The notes under the pieces are model-generated. The model was not told the DNA's origin and made no database searches. It was given only the letters and a program-made list of their open reading frames with translations. From a virus (taxonomy: Duplodnaviria; Heunggongvirae; Uroviricota; Caudoviricetes), in the IMG/VR virus record IMGVR_UViG_3300029957_000005, positions 64,001-128,000 of that record: a stretch of DNA of 64,000 nucleotides. The stretch is one strand, 5' to 3'. The translations under genes and the position numbers were made by a program. Positions 57,263-63,624 of this stretch are shown one piece after another (position 1 is the first letter of the stretch; each line of letters opens with the position of its first letter).

Positions 57263-57498
57263 CGACGCTGTTCAGCCCAACGGACGACCAGGGCAATGTT
57301 TCGACTCACGGCTTCACGGTTCTTGTGGAAGGCTGAGTAGATCGTATCCCGGTTCGAAGGCCGGGTCGGATAGCTGTAGACGTGGATGGCGCAGTCGTTG
57401 TGAGTGGCAAACCACTTGGACTTCTGCTCGAAGTCGACTCCATAGGGAAGGAGGTCCTTGTCCAGGGAGATGCGTTCAAAGGTGCTGTGATACTTCAT
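57259..57498 (-). CDS. hypothetical protein
   Basis: Start MKYHST within ORF 57259..57546. Confidence 0.5.
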   Translation of the reverse strand: MKYHSTFERISLDKDLLPYGVDFEQKSKWFATHNDCAIHVYSYPTRPSNRDTIYSAFHKNREAVSRNIALVVRWAEQRR

Positions 57499-57848
57499 GC
57501 TGCACTCTTCGGATGAACATAGCGGATGCCTTCGGCTCGAGCCCAATCACGACCTTCGTTCTCGGCGCCTTTCGAGGTCTCGTACTTCCCGAACCCTGTC
57601 TGCCAAGGCTCCCAGAAGCCGTCGGTGTTCCAGTAGATGTGGACGGCAGTCCATCCGGAGATCGACTCATAGATCGTGATGTACTCGGACTTGTCGTTCG
57701 CGTTCAGGAACTCGCGGATCGCCAGGACGGTCTCGTCCTTGTCGGCGAAGTTGCTCCCACCTTGGTGGACGCTCCCAGGAGCGATGGCCGAATAGAGTCC
57801 GATCAGCTTTTCTTCCGCTTGACGCAGAAGGGCAATTGCTTCTTTCAT
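57495..57848 (-). CDS. hypothetical protein
   Basis: 117 aa, ATGA-coupled. Confidence 0.6.
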   Translation of the reverse strand: MKEAIALLRQAEEKLIGLYSAIAPGSVHQGGSNFADKDETVLAIREFLNANDKSEYITIYESISGWTAVHIYWNTDGFWEPWQTGFGKYETSKGAENEGRDWARAEGIRYVHPKSAA

Positions 57849-58624
57849 TGAATGTCCTCGATTGCTTCTATGAGTTTGAACAAGTCCGCGGCGTAGAAGC
57901 CGGCGGCGTTCATGCAGTTGGTCTCGATGATCTTGAGTCCCTCGTCCGTCCTGCAGACGTCAAGGACGTAGGCCTGGGCGTACCCTGGATTCAGGGCTAT
58001 CATCCACTCCACGAATTCGCGAGCGTCCTGGTCGATCTCCTCCCGATAGAGGACACGACCACCCATCTTGTAGAGGGACGAAGTGATCAGTCGATCCTCG
58101 ACGATCCAGTTCCTCCACTCCTTCTGGATGTGGTGAGGTTCTCCGATCATCATGAGGGTGTCCGGCTTCAGGGAGCCTTGGATGTATTCTCCGGGCAGGA
58201 GGTTGTTCACGTTCCGAGCCATCTCTGTCAGCTCGTCCGAGGTCATCACGGTCCCGGCGATCTCCTTGGAGTCCTCCACCGGACGAACGAACCAGAGATC
58301 ATCTCCGTCCAGGGCCAGGAAGCCGAGTTCTCGAACGGTGAGGGTCTTGCATTCGGCTCCATTCAGGAGGAAAGGAATCCACGGCTTCTCGTAGAGGAAC
58401 GGTCGAAGCTCGAAGACGCCTGGCTTGAGATCGTGATCCCGGGCGTAGTGCCTCAGGGAATAGGAGCCGAACATGACCACTCGGTCCGGGTCTTGAATGA
58501 TAGGCTCTGGGAGGAGGTCACCGACGAATGGGACCACCTTGTGGGTCGAGTATGGGAGGCCGACTCTCTCAAGGATGTCGGCCAGCTTGTCGGTGTCCTC
58601 ATAGGACTGTAGGATCCACTGCAT
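57845..58624 (-). CDS. ATP-grasp domain protein (DUF4343/R2K-like)
   Basis: WFVRPVEDSKEIAG, IQKEWRNWIVEDRLITSSLY, AYVLDVC...LKIIETNCMNAAGFY. Confidence 0.8.
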   Translation of the reverse strand: MQWILQSYEDTDKLADILERVGLPYSTHKVVPFVGDLLPEPIIQDPDRVVMFGSYSLRHYARDHDLKPGVFELRPFLYEKPWIPFLLNGAECKTLTVRELGFLALDGDDLWFVRPVEDSKEIAGTVMTSDELTEMARNVNNLLPGEYIQGSLKPDTLMMIGEPHHIQKEWRNWIVEDRLITSSLYKMGGRVLYREEIDQDAREFVEWMIALNPGYAQAYVLDVCRTDEGLKIIETNCMNAAGFYAADLFKLIEAIEDIQ

Positions 58625-58633
58625 CAGAAGCTT

Positions 58634-58978
58634 TCAGAATGAGAAGTCGAAGAAGTGATTTCGGTGGTTGATCCCGAGCTTCGGGCTCTGGGTTTCGTTG
58701 AGGTTCCAGCGCTTGGTCTTCTCGTTGAAGTGGACCAGCTCCCAGGCTTCCTTGGTCTCGTTCCGACGGTAGACGAACTTGCGTCCTTCCGGATCCGGAG
58801 TGCAGTCCCAGGTCTGGGAGTCGGACATTCCATTGGAGTCGACTCGGACTGCACTGTCCTCCTGGACGATGACGAAGGTGGTCTTGTCCGTGGTCACTTC
58901 GACCACGGTGGCTGCGTGACGATCGGTCCACCAGTAGAGGGTGGCTCCGGATCCGACTGCTGGGATCACTGTGGTCAT
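58634..58978 (-). CDS. hypothetical protein (paralog A)
   Basis: GATLYWWTDRHAATVVEV; C-terminal RNHFFDFSF. Confidence 0.7.
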   Translation of the reverse strand: MTTVIPAVGSGATLYWWTDRHAATVVEVTTDKTTFVIVQEDSAVRVDSNGMSDSQTWDCTPDPEGRKFVYRRNETKEAWELVHFNEKTKRWNLNETQSPKLGINHRNHFFDFSF

Positions 58979-58982
58979 GTTC

Positions 58983-59357
58983 TCAGACCTCCGTGAGTTT
59001 GACGTTCTGGTTCGGAGCAGGATCGAGACGGAACTTCTTTCCTTCGAAAGAGATCACGTCACCGAAGGCGAGACCGAGCTTGGTGGTCTTGACCTTGGGA
59101 CCGTTGTGGAGGACCACTCCGAGACCGAAGGCATAGTAGAGCTCGTGACCGAGGCTCTTGGCACGTTCGACTCGGGCGACCGGATCGTCACCGCGCTTCT
59201 TGGCGTAACCTTCGACCGAACCGATCTGGAAGAAGTGATAGAGATCACCGTAACGGGCGGACTTGAAGGCGATACCGAATTCTTCACCATCCACGAACTC
59301 GTGGTCCTTACCTTCGATGATGGTGTAGGCTGGGTAGTCGGCGAGGATCTTGGTCAT
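58983..59357 (-). CDS. hypothetical protein
   Basis: 124 aa after promoter 59389-59416 and GGAG SD. Confidence 0.65.
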   Translation of the reverse strand: MTKILADYPAYTIIEGKDHEFVDGEEFGIAFKSARYGDLYHFFQIGSVEGYAKKRGDDPVARVERAKSLGHELYYAFGLGVVLHNGPKVKTTKLGLAFGDVISFEGKKFRLDPAPNQNVKLTEV

Positions 59358-59388
59358 TTCAGTATCTCCGTTCCAGTTGATAGATCAG

Positions 59389-59416
59389 AGTATAAACTGA
59401 TTCCTGCAGGAGTAAA
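59389..59416 (-). promoter_or_regulatory. early promoter
   Basis: TTTACT-N16-TATACT. Confidence 0.7.
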
Positions 59417-59532
59417 TACGGAATTTGCGCATTCCCGCACTTTTCTGATAGGAACCATTTTCCTGAGGAAAAGAGAGATCCTACTCCGCCTATCCGCCGC
59501 CTGTCATACTTCCTGTCGGAGGTGTAGCTCTC

Positions 59533-59898
59533 TCAACCGAAGATCCGATAGACCTCTTCCTTGGGAACTCCGGTCAGACGACAGGCGGACTCGATTGCGT
59601 CCTCGATCCGATGACCTCCCCAGATGTCTCCGGGAACCTGCTTCTGGCGGTTGACCAGAAAATTGAAGAGAGTCGTGATGTCGTCGACGCGATCGATCTT
59701 GGCGATCTGGGTCTGATCGAGAATGGTGAAATAGGACTTCATCCATCCATTCGGAAGTCCGCGGTCATCCTTTTCGACCCAATAGCTCTTCGGATGCTCT
59801 GGATCGTCTTCTAGATTGTAGATCTTTCCGACTGTCCAGGCACCCTCGGTACCTCCCTTCGGCATCTTTCCGTCGATACCCATGAACACAGCGTACAT
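59533..59898 (-). CDS. hypothetical protein
   Basis: Start MYAVFM within ORF 59533..60030, start approximate. Confidence 0.5.
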   Translation of the reverse strand: MYAVFMGIDGKMPKGGTEGAWTVGKIYNLEDDPEHPKSYWVEKDDRGLPNGWMKSYFTILDQTQIAKIDRVDDITTLFNFLVNRQKQVPGDIWGGHRIEDAIESACRLTGVPKEEVYRIFG

Positions 59899-59899
59899 C

Positions 59900-60238
59900 T
59901 CAGTCTTCCTTCTTTTCGTTTGAAACCAGGCACATCGGGCGATAGCGCTTGCGATCTCCCATACCCAACCAGCTCGGCATCTCGTCGATGGCTTTCTGGC
60001 ACTCGTCCTCGGTGCGATAGAACTTGTCACCGTGGGAAACGTGGGCGATGCTTCCGGCTGAGTTGTTCATCGAGAGGTACATCACCCAGATCTCGTCCGG
60101 GAGAGGAGCGAGCTTCGGAGGCTTGGGCTTCTTGATCCTCGGAGTCCTCTGTCTCTTGGGCTCCTCGCGGTGCGGGCAGTAGGTCATTCCACACGACGAG
60201 GGGTCAGGCTCTCTCAAACACCAGGCGCACTGTTTCAT
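59900..60238 (-). CDS. hypothetical protein with N-terminal CxxC/CxxxC motif
   Basis: Start MKQCAWC within ORF 59900..60367, start approximate. Confidence 0.5.
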   Translation of the reverse strand: MKQCAWCLREPDPSSCGMTYCPHREEPKRQRTPRIKKPKPPKLAPLPDEIWVMYLSMNNSAGSIAHVSHGDKFYRTEDECQKAIDEMPSWLGMGDRKRYRPMCLVSNEKKED

Positions 60239-60248
60239 TTTCGGCTCC

Positions 60249-60443
60249 TTAGCGGTTCTGCATCCAGACGGCTGCTTCGAACTTCGACATCTCGCGGTTG
60301 ACCCACTTCTTGAAGGGATGCCGCTGACCAGGTCCGGGTTCGTTGTCGTTCTCACACATGGCTTCACCGGACTGGCGGAACTGGCAGTGCATTCCCTTAC
60401 GCTCGGCTTCCGTGCGATTTGAAAAGTGCTGCTGGTTTCTCAT
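60249..60443 (-). CDS. hypothetical protein
   Basis: 64 aa after promoter 60477-60505. Confidence 0.5.
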   Translation of the reverse strand: MRNQQHFSNRTEAERKGMHCQFRQSGEAMCENDNEPGPGQRHPFKKWVNREMSKFEAAVWMQNR

Positions 60444-60476
60444 TTCCGTAACTCCAGTGCATTTCTTATGTTTTCC

Positions 60477-60505
60477 ACTCTATACTGATTCCTCGGGATG
60501 TAAAC
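60477..60505 (-). promoter_or_regulatory. early promoter
   Basis: GTTTACA-N16-TAGAGT. Confidence 0.8.
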
Positions 60506-60510
60506 AGCAA

Positions 60511-60540
60511 AAAGGAGAGAACCGAAAGGTTCTCTCCTTT
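60511..60540 (-). terminator. intrinsic terminator
   Basis: AAAGGAGAGAACC-GAAA-GGTTCTCTCCTTT 13-bp stem; T-run follows on minus strand. Confidence 0.85.
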
Positions 60541-60562
60541 GAAGGGACTTCTCCGCTTCCCG

Positions 60563-61027
60563 TTACCTGGCGGAGAAGTCGTAGAATTGATCTCGAACAC
60601 CGATGACCAGGGCGGGGAAGTTCCGGGCGGTGACGACTCGACCGTTTTCGTTGATCTGGGCTCCGACCCAGCGACCGTTCTTGAAGCGGTAGGTGTAGGC
60701 TCGACCGTTCGGGTTCGCTTGATAGTCGTAGTGCTGGTCGAAGCTCGGACCGTTCTTGTCCGTTCGCTTGGCGACGTCTTCCTGGACCCGGATCATCGAG
60801 ACGTTCTTGAACTCGGTGACCTCGACGATGGTCGCGGCATGTCGGTCCTTGTAGTAGCAGAGGGTGGCACCCATTCCGACGAGGGGTTCGACTCCATGGA
60901 CCGAGAGAAGCATGGCATTCGAGACCGTGTTCTTGGTCGGCTCGAAGACGAACTTCCGGGCAGGCTCCTTCTGAGAGCGAGAGGTCTTGCGGTTCGAATT
61001 GTGCTGAGTCAGTGCGTTCATGATCAT
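60563..61027 (-). CDS. hypothetical protein (paralog B)
   Basis: GATLCYYKDRHAATIVEV; C-terminal RDQFYDFS. Confidence 0.7.
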   Translation of the reverse strand: MIMNALTQHNSNRKTSRSQKEPARKFVFEPTKNTVSNAMLLSVHGVEPLVGMGATLCYYKDRHAATIVEVTEFKNVSMIRVQEDVAKRTDKNGPSFDQHYDYQANPNGRAYTYRFKNGRWVGAQINENGRVVTARNFPALVIGVRDQFYDFSAR

Positions 61028-61077
61028 TACTCCTTACTGGTTGATGATGATAGGCTACTCACATATTCACAATTCAT

Positions 61078-61106
61078 AATATAATGCGTCCCCCGGGATT
61101 GTAAAC
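61078..61106 (-). promoter_or_regulatory. early promoter
   Basis: GTTTACA-N16-TATATT; -35 box sits in the loop of a CCGGG/CCCGG hairpin. Confidence 0.7.
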
Positions 61107-61140
61107 CCCGGAGGTGCAAAAAATTTTGGAAGGTTAATTT

Positions 61141-61389
61141 TCAGTGAAGGGTCGGCTTGTCCGGAAGCAGGGCAGTCCGGATGAAGTTCCGACCGAGGGA
61201 GATCCAATTTGCTGAGGAGATGGAATCAAAGGAGTCTATGAAGACCCGTGTGCGCACGCAGCGCCCCTCGTCGTCGTCGTAGGTCATCTCGTAGAAGCCG
61301 ATAGGATTGTAGTCAAGGAAGAAGTGAGGGCAGTCAACGCCCTCTATAACAGCCGCAGAAGTATGCATCCAAGTCCCCGTAAAGCCCAT
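61141..61389 (-). CDS. hypothetical protein
   Basis: 82 aa downstream of tmRNA. Confidence 0.4.
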   Translation of the reverse strand: MGFTGTWMHTSAAVIEGVDCPHFFLDYNPIGFYEMTYDDDEGRCVRTRVFIDSFDSISSANWISLGRNFIRTALLPDKPTLH

Positions 61390-61399
61390 TTTGATGTGA

Positions 61400-61750
61400 T
61401 GGTTGGTAACAGAATGTTTCTACCTTTTTTCCAAGGTTACGTACACTGGAAAAGTGGGCCCGTTGGGTAAAAAGGTGGAGCCCATACCCCTGAAGGTTAC
61501 GCCGCTAGGGCTACGCCTTCGTATGAAACGTTGTCGTTTGCATTTACAGTTTTGGCCGTGATGAAGGTACTTGCCATGCCTAGTCGCGTTCTTCTCTACC
61601 TGTGCCAATCGAGCCTAGTTCACCCCCATCAGAAACAGTGTTCAGAGGACCAGTTCCCTACATCCGTCGATATAGACCTACCGTGGTCATGACACTGCTT
61701 TTGGTGGAGGTGGCGGGAGTTGCACCCGCGTCTTGACACCTCTCAAGTCG
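61400..61750 (-). ncRNA. ssrA: circularly permuted (two-piece) tmRNA
   Basis: Minus strand order: acceptor piece ...GGTGTCAAGACGCGGG-TGCAACT-CCCGC-CACCTCC-A-CCA (ends 61702); 74-nt intervening segment; coding piece GGGGGTG-AACTAGGCTCGA-TTGGCAC (starts 61627); G3:U70 pair; helix TTGGCAC/GTGTCAA; tag ORF present. Outer ends approximate. Confidence 0.93.
61497..61541 (-). other. tmRNA tag reading frame (A)ANDNVSYEGVALAA*
   Basis: GTAAAT-GCA AAC GAC AAC GTT TCA TAC GAA GGC GTA GCC CTA GCG GCG TAA. Confidence 0.93.
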
Positions 61751-61752
61751 AC

Positions 61753-61779
61753 ATTATACGACTATCGAACTTTATCTAT
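61753..61779 (-). promoter_or_regulatory. candidate tmRNA promoters: late-type ATAGATA (61773-61779) and TATAAT (61753-61758)
   Basis: Both immediately upstream of the acceptor piece. Confidence 0.5.
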
Positions 61780-61936
61780 TCCACGACTCCTCTGGAGGAC
61801 CTTCTTTCAATTCATCACCGCTTTTTGCTAGCATTTACGGATCAGAACCGGCCGTCCACCTCCACTCCTGCAGGAGCTTCATAGGCAGGCATCACACCCG
61901 CGGTGCATTGAAGGCCCACCAGAGGAGTCGTGGAAT
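61778..61936. repeat. 18-bp perfect inverted repeat closing a ~160-nt structured element
   Basis: ATTCCACGACTCCTCTGG (61778-61795) / CCAGAGGAGTCGTGGAAT (61919-61936), intergenic. Confidence 0.85.
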
Positions 61937-61943
61937 TAAACGA

Positions 61944-62135
61944 TCACCAGCCTACGCTGGTGTCGTACTTCTCGACGAGACCGTCGATCTCCGGCTTGCG
62001 GGTCAGAGGACCTTCAATCCGGACTGCATCACCCTGCTTGGTCGCACGAATCACGACTTCGGTCCCACGGTACATTTCGATGAGGGCATGAAAATTGGCT
62101 TCCGAAGTCTCGATGTAGCGAACGTAGTTAGTCAT
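61944..62135 (-). CDS. hypothetical protein
   Basis: 63 aa after promoter 62169-62197. Confidence 0.6.
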   Translation of the reverse strand: MTNYVRYIETSEANFHALIEMYRGTEVVIRATKQGDAVRIEGPLTRKPEIDGLVEKYDTSVGW

Positions 62136-62168
62136 TGATCTGCATCCCTCACTGATTTGATAAGAAGC

Positions 62169-62197
62169 ACTCTAAACTGATTCTAGGAAATGTAAAC
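62169..62197 (-). promoter_or_regulatory. early promoter
   Basis: GTTTACA-N16-TAGAGT. Confidence 0.8.
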
Positions 62198-62204
62198 TGA
62201 AAAA

Positions 62205-62429
62205 TCACCAGGAATGGACGGGATCCGACTCATTCACATTTTCAGGCCCCATATCTCCGAATTGGGCCGGAGGAGTCAGGATCTGATCGAGAGTCATGAT
62301 TCTGTAGAGGCCGCCTGGACCGAGCATCGAGTGATAGACTGTTCCATCTTTCTCACGACGGGAGCCCACCAGGCTCCATCCCTCGGTCTTCCAGGCAGTC
62401 AGTATTTCGTTTGGGATAAAGTCAGACAT
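62205..62429 (-). CDS. hypothetical protein
   Basis: Start MSDFIPNE (ATG 62429) overlapping upstream stop. Confidence 0.5.
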   Translation of the reverse strand: MSDFIPNEILTAWKTEGWSLVGSRREKDGTVYHSMLGPGGLYRIMTLDQILTPPAQFGDMGPENVNESDPVHSW

Positions 62430-62535
62430 CGAGGTACGAAAGCTCTCTATCAAGCTGGTGGAGGTAGTTGGTCACCTGAACCGCGAGGAGTCCCCAGGCG
62501 ATGATGGCGATGACGATGAGGATCTTCTTGAACAT
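62422..62535 (-). CDS. 37-aa single-TM protein
   Basis: Hand-translated MFKKILIVIAIIAWGLLAVQVTNYLHQLDRELSYLDV*; GGAG SD. Confidence 0.5.
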   Translation of the reverse strand: MFKKILIVIAIIAWGLLAVQVTNYLHQLDRELSYLDV

Positions 62536-62588
62536 GGTCTTGATCTCCGTTGATGAGACCAGTATAATTTGAACGGGTTAACTAAAGG

Positions 62589-63287
62589 TTAATTCAGGTT
62601 TCGGACGATGAATTCTTTCGAACCGAGGTTGTTGGTGATCCAGATGATCTGGGAGGTCTTGACGATCTTATCGAGGATCACGGCCTGGTCGGTCTTGGTT
62701 TTGTTGATGTGAGTGATCCATTCTTGGTCCTGCTTCAGGGAGTGGACTAGATCGTCTCCATCCGTGACGTATGACCTGTTGAGAGAATAGATGTCGTAGT
62801 AGTCTGGGTTCTTGAGCTCCGGATGCTTGTCGTTCTTCTTGTAGATCTTGCTTCGAAACTTGACGAAGCCGAATTTCTGATAGTCCTTATAGGCCTTGGC
62901 GATTTCGGCGTCCGTGATCGGGGTGTGGATCAGATCCTTCTCACCGTTCGCGGTTCTCAGACCTGCAAAACCTTCGGCAACTTTTCGATCGTCCGTCCAC
63001 GAGGACAGGAACTTATTGGCCGCGTTGAACTTGGATCCTACTGTCTCGCCTCGATACAGACGAATGGTCGAACCTAGAGTCTTTCGAATAGGAGCAAAGA
63101 CCGACTCTATCTCCTTGGCTATCGCATCGTTGTTCCGAATGGAGTTCTCTAGAGCACCTCCGACCCACTGAGATCTTTCCCAGGAGGAGATTGCATCCTT
63201 AGCCTCGTCGGACAGGGAGTTCCAAGCCTTCTTGGCCTGTCCGATGTAGGCCATCTCATTCATGAACCTCGCGAATGAGCCAGGCAT
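62589..63287 (-). CDS. putative ADP-ribosyltransferase-fold protein
   Basis: IRLYRG ... LSSWTDDRKVAEGFA ... KEFIV in R-S-E order. Confidence 0.5.
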   Translation of the reverse strand: MPGSFARFMNEMAYIGQAKKAWNSLSDEAKDAISSWERSQWVGGALENSIRNNDAIAKEIESVFAPIRKTLGSTIRLYRGETVGSKFNAANKFLSSWTDDRKVAEGFAGLRTANGEKDLIHTPITDAEIAKAYKDYQKFGFVKFRSKIYKKNDKHPELKNPDYYDIYSLNRSYVTDGDDLVHSLKQDQEWITHINKTKTDQAVILDKIVKTSQIIWITNNLGSKEFIVRNLN

Positions 63288-63455
63288 TTAGTACTTCGTG
63301 AATTTGGAACGGAGGAATGCAGAGAAAGACTCGTCATACTTCCCTTCACCTATCTTGATTGACGGATTGATCGCCATGTGGGCTGGCTTCTTCTCGTTTC
63401 TCTCGAGGCCTGTCGGGGACTTGCGGAGCTTCTGCTCCTTGAGATTCTTCTTCAT
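63288..63455 (-). CDS. small basic late protein (55 aa)
   Basis: Hand-translated MKKNLKEQKL...ESFSAFLRSKFTKY*; late promoter 5 nt upstream; TAA abuts the next ATG. Confidence 0.6.
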   Translation of the reverse strand: MKKNLKEQKLRKSPTGLERNEKKPAHMAINPSIKIGEGKYDESFSAFLRSKFTKY

Positions 63456-63460
63456 GCGGA

Positions 63461-63467
63461 TATCTAT
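63461..63467 (-). promoter_or_regulatory. late promoter, 5 nt before ATG 63455
   Basis: ATAGATA. Confidence 0.65.
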
Positions 63468-63521
63468 AGACCGGACGATTCAAGGCCCGAGTAATGATCT
63501 CGAGCAAGTTCGGTACGATAA

Positions 63522-63596
63522 TGGTGCGGGTGGAGGGACTCGAACCCTCGTCCCTGGAGTGGCGCTCCAAGATAATAACCTCTATACTACACACGC
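63522..63596 (-). tRNA. trnG: tRNA-Gly(GCC), atypical
   Basis: GCGTGTG...TTGGA-GCGCCAC-TCCAG...GAGGG-TTCGAGT-CCCTC-CACCCGC-A-CCA; encoded CCA. Confidence 0.75.
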
Positions 63597-63624
63597 AGTT
63601 GTTGACGATTGTCCTTTACGAGAA

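Noticed and set aside
61420-61608. 63-aa minus-strand ORF MAQVEKNATRHG...
   Set aside because: Lies inside the tmRNA coding piece in a different frame from the tag; no SD; explained by the RNA
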